From Rickettsiales bacterium (lineage in GTDB: Bacteria > Pseudomonadota > Alphaproteobacteria > Rickettsiales > UBA1997): DNA of 56,177 nt. Positions within the stretch are counted from its first letter, which is position 1. The number at the start of each line of letters is the position of its first letter. Positions 53,982 to 56,177 of the stretch are shown piece by piece. Under the pieces are notes generated by a model. That model was not told the origin of the DNA. It did no database searches and saw only the letters and a list, made by a program, of their open reading frames with translations. The DNA lies in the NCBI GenBank assembly GCA_028688645.1, contig JAQTXT010000001.1, positions 1 through 56,177 of the forward strand, in the 5' to 3' direction. Position numbers and translations under genes: made by a program.

Positions 53982-54488
53982 ATGTTTAAAAACAGAAACA
54001 ACAAAATTTTTACGACTATCCAAAACATTATATTGTATTTTATAATCATATTTTTTTCTGCTTTCGCAAGCATGCCAATTAAATTTTTTTCAATAGTTTC
54101 AGCTTTTCCAAATATACCGTCAATTTTAGTATTTTATTTTCTCATAATCACTAAAGAAGATATTCCCTATTTTTCAATATTCATATTTGGTATAATTTTT
54201 GATGTTTTCAATAATTTTCCATTAGCCACAACATCTTTAATTTGGCTAATAACAAGCAAATTTATAAGCTTTTTAAGACAGCATTTTTATACTCCAGACA
54301 AATTCATATTCGTTCTCAGAGATTTTACAATCTTTGCCTTTTCAAATTCATTACTTCAATGGCTAATTTTTAGTATTATACACAATTTTTCATATCCAAT
54401 ATGCAACTCACTATATCAATTTTTTCTCGATATACTATTTTTCGGCTTGAGTTATCCTATTTTTAAAAAAATTGAAAATAAATTTTAA
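53982..54488 (+). CDS. Polytopic membrane protein, possibly MreD-like
   Basis: 168 aa with about 5 TM helices. The ..GIIFDVFNNFPLATTSLIWLI.. segment resembles the MreD G.l.D...g.plG motif. No mreB or mreC is adjacent. Confidence 0.35.
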   Translation: MFKNRNNKIFTTIQNIILYFIIIFFSAFASMPIKFFSIVSAFPNIPSILVFYFLIITKEDIPYFSIFIFGIIFDVFNNFPLATTSLIWLITSKFISFLRQHFYTPDKFIFVLRDFTIFAFSNSLLQWLIFSIIHNFSYPICNSLYQFFLDILFFGLSYPIFKKIENKF

Positions 54489-54815
54489 TTAATTTAAAAT
54501 TATCATTTTGAGTAATAAAATAAGATTTATTTTACTAAAGACTCATTTAGATATAAATATTTTCTACTTTCAACTTATACACTATAAATCACTTATGTAA
54601 AAAACTGGTAATTTAATAAAAAAACTAAAAGATATGGTAAAAATATCAAGATGATAGAATATAATTTTATATTCATTATTCAATAAATTTTATTTTGAAA
54701 ATATTTTATTACATAGAATAATCTAACAATCTCTATAACAAATTAACATTTTTAGTTGTTTATTAAAAATAATACATTAGTGTGTGATAGTCTATTATAA
54801 TAAAATATAATTTAT

Positions 54816-55100
54816 ATGGAGATATCTATGGTATCAGATGAATTAAAAAAAACAAAAACCCCAATATCTAAACCAAAAGTTGTTATGTCGGATTTTTTGT
54901 CAGCAATAACCAAACCAAATGCAATTCAAGAAGCCTGTAAAAAAGAAACTCAAGAAAAATTAGAAAGAGGTGAAACCGTTGTCGGAAAAGATAAGGATGG
55001 AGTTTATTTTATGAAAAAACAACACGATGGAACAATAGAAAAAAAATATCAAGATAAAAACGGGAAACCTACATCTACATTACATACAGTAAGACTATAG
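54816..55100 (+). CDS. Small hypothetical protein upstream of the zeta-toxin-like gene (antitoxin candidate)
   Basis: 94 aa. An internal ATG at 54828 is preceded by GGAG with 7-nt spacing and may be the real start. It ends 11 nt before the next gene. Confidence 0.5.
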   Translation: MEISMVSDELKKTKTPISKPKVVMSDFLSAITKPNAIQEACKKETQEKLERGETVVGKDKDGVYFMKKQHDGTIEKKYQDKNGKPTSTLHTVRL

Positions 55101-55111
55101 GAAAGGATATT

Positions 55112-56065
55112 ATGGAAAAAAAATTAAAACCAATTATAGCAATGTTAGCTGGTCCAAATGGTTCTGGCAAAAGTACTCTTGTTAGAACTTTTTTAAAAAT
55201 AAATCCAATAGTTTTTATAAATTCTGACTGTATTGCTAGAAAAATAATATATTTCGCACAAGGTAATCTAAGCTTAGAAACCGAGTTAATTGAGTTAGGT
55301 AAATTATTTTATGAAAAAAAAGCATATAAAACGGCTCAATCTAATTTGGCTAAAAAATTTTATGAAAGAGATGAAGGAAGAAGTATAGTTGCACATATAA
55401 CTGAAGAATATATAACAGGGAATCCATATGGAAAAACTCTTTACGAATATCTTCAAAGAGAAATAGATCCAAAAGCATCTATTTTGACTAGAGATCACTA
55501 TTTATTAGCTGGTGTCAATCTAAATGCTGCTCAAATTTCAGATGAGCTAAAATATTTCTACATAAAAAATAAAGCTAGTTTTGCAGTAGCTGAATATGGA
55601 GGATTGGCATTTGAGACTGCAATGTCTAATCTTAAAAGTATAGAATATTTACTAGCAGCTAAGCAAGTTGGTTTTAATACTCACACTATATATGTTACCA
55701 CTAGCAATCTAGGAATTAATATAGAAAGAGTCCAAAAAAGAGTTACAGAACAAGGAGAGCATAATATAGATCCAGAAACAATAAGAAAAAGATATAATAG
55801 CTCATCACAACTTATATCAGATGCTATTTTGACTTCTGATACTGCTACAGTTGTTGATACAACTGATTTTAAAAATATAAAAAAAATTGATTTCGACCTA
55901 GAACAAAAACCATTAGAAAGAATGAATTCACTTCAAAAATTTTTAATAGAAGGTAAATTTCCAAATGCTACAATAGAAGCAGTCTTAAATAAAATGAGTA
56001 AAATTGCTAAAAGCGAAAAAACTTCTAAAGATACCCAAAAAGGGAAGAGTTTATTAAGATTCTAA
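55112..56065 (+). CDS. Zeta-toxin / COG4185-like P-loop kinase-fold protein with a large insertion and a C-terminal extension
   Basis: Walker A is MLAGPNGSGKST, followed by ..FINSDCIA... After an insertion of about 95 aa come ..FETAMSN.., ..GFNTHTIYVTTS..INIERVQKRV..GEHNI..IRKRY.., which match the zeta-toxin-like family order. Confidence 0.7.
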   Translation: MEKKLKPIIAMLAGPNGSGKSTLVRTFLKINPIVFINSDCIARKIIYFAQGNLSLETELIELGKLFYEKKAYKTAQSNLAKKFYERDEGRSIVAHITEEYITGNPYGKTLYEYLQREIDPKASILTRDHYLLAGVNLNAAQISDELKYFYIKNKASFAVAEYGGLAFETAMSNLKSIEYLLAAKQVGFNTHTIYVTTSNLGINIERVQKRVTEQGEHNIDPETIRKRYNSSSQLISDAILTSDTATVVDTTDFKNIKKIDFDLEQKPLERMNSLQKFLIEGKFPNATIEAVLNKMSKIAKSEKTSKDTQKGKSLLRF

Positions 56066-56177
56066 TTATTTTTCTTTTATTATTTTGCCAAATTTCCTAT
56101 TTAATTTTAATATAAATCATTAGATACCCCTTCTAATCCCTCTATACTTCTTATACTAATATTTTCTAAATACATTT

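Noticed and set aside
2123-56065. Many short ORFs in the track that overlap or lie antisense to long genes. Examples: 2123-2320, 3149-3343, 5167-5424, 5586-5816, 6624-6848, 11302-11514, 14610-14849, 15727-15918, 21463-21879, 22438-22638, 23086-23361, 23506-23928, 26058-26240, 27041-27256, 27566-27796, 28205-28468, 30909-31169, 31316-31507, 32929-33144, 33552-33764, 37193-37720, 38356-38592, 41188-41439, 41893-42171, 42927-43217, 43500-43763, 45660-45842, 48496-48855, 48890-49072, 49209-49801, 55304-55498.
   Set aside because: All are embedded in, or antisense to, genes with strong family signatures. They have F/I/L/S/K-rich compositions typical of off-frame translation of AT-rich DNA, and none has a recognisable motif.
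1-56177. CRISPR arrays, rRNA and tRNA genes
   Set aside because: No regularly spaced direct repeats with unique spacers were seen, and no tRNA cloverleaf or T-loop signatures or rRNA-like conserved blocks. All tandem repeats found are in-frame coding repeats. This was checked by eye only; tRNAscan-SE or Infernal would be decisive.

Overview
The window is very AT-rich and densely coding. The gene set looks like a host-associated alphaproteobacterium: an HK97/GTA-type portal, an IalB-like protein, a DUF2610-like protein, AddA and a bactofilin.

Housekeeping genes recognised from motifs:
- Nucleotide and tRNA functions: nrdD, mnmG, mnmE, tilS, miaB, and aspS (frameshifted), pheT, lysS.
- Translation and cofactors: rpmE, rpsP, coaE.
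- Envelope and division: ftsQ, mlaE-like, dgkA, bamB-like, cvpA.
- Others: addA, yebC-family, tatD, HIT.

These are interspersed with orphan or eukaryote-like genes:
- a protein with eleven 33-aa repeats
- an ankyrin + subtilase autotransporter
- a MORN-like + CE-clan cysteine protease candidate
- a pentapeptide-repeat protein
- a tandem pair of paralogous orphans
- a zeta-toxin-like P-loop protein

I found no rRNA, tRNA or CRISPR array.

The most unusual signals are non-coding:
1. Two copies of a relatively GC-rich module: a shared TTGACAAATAAA motif, a structured RNA of about 170 nt ending in a terminator-like hairpin, and a paralogous small lysine-rich ORF. They lie at 29329-29873 (+) and 33921-34464 (-).
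2. A 216-bp relatively GC-rich element bounded by perfect 30-bp inverted repeats, directly after the first small ORF (29878-30093).
3. Two copies of a MITE-like palindromic element with TA flanks (2411-2566 and 6876-7110).

Also notable are an isolated epsilon-AtpQ-AtpR-a fragment of an N-ATPase-type operon and a single-base frameshift in aspS.

All functional calls come from motif recognition by eye. No database search was run.
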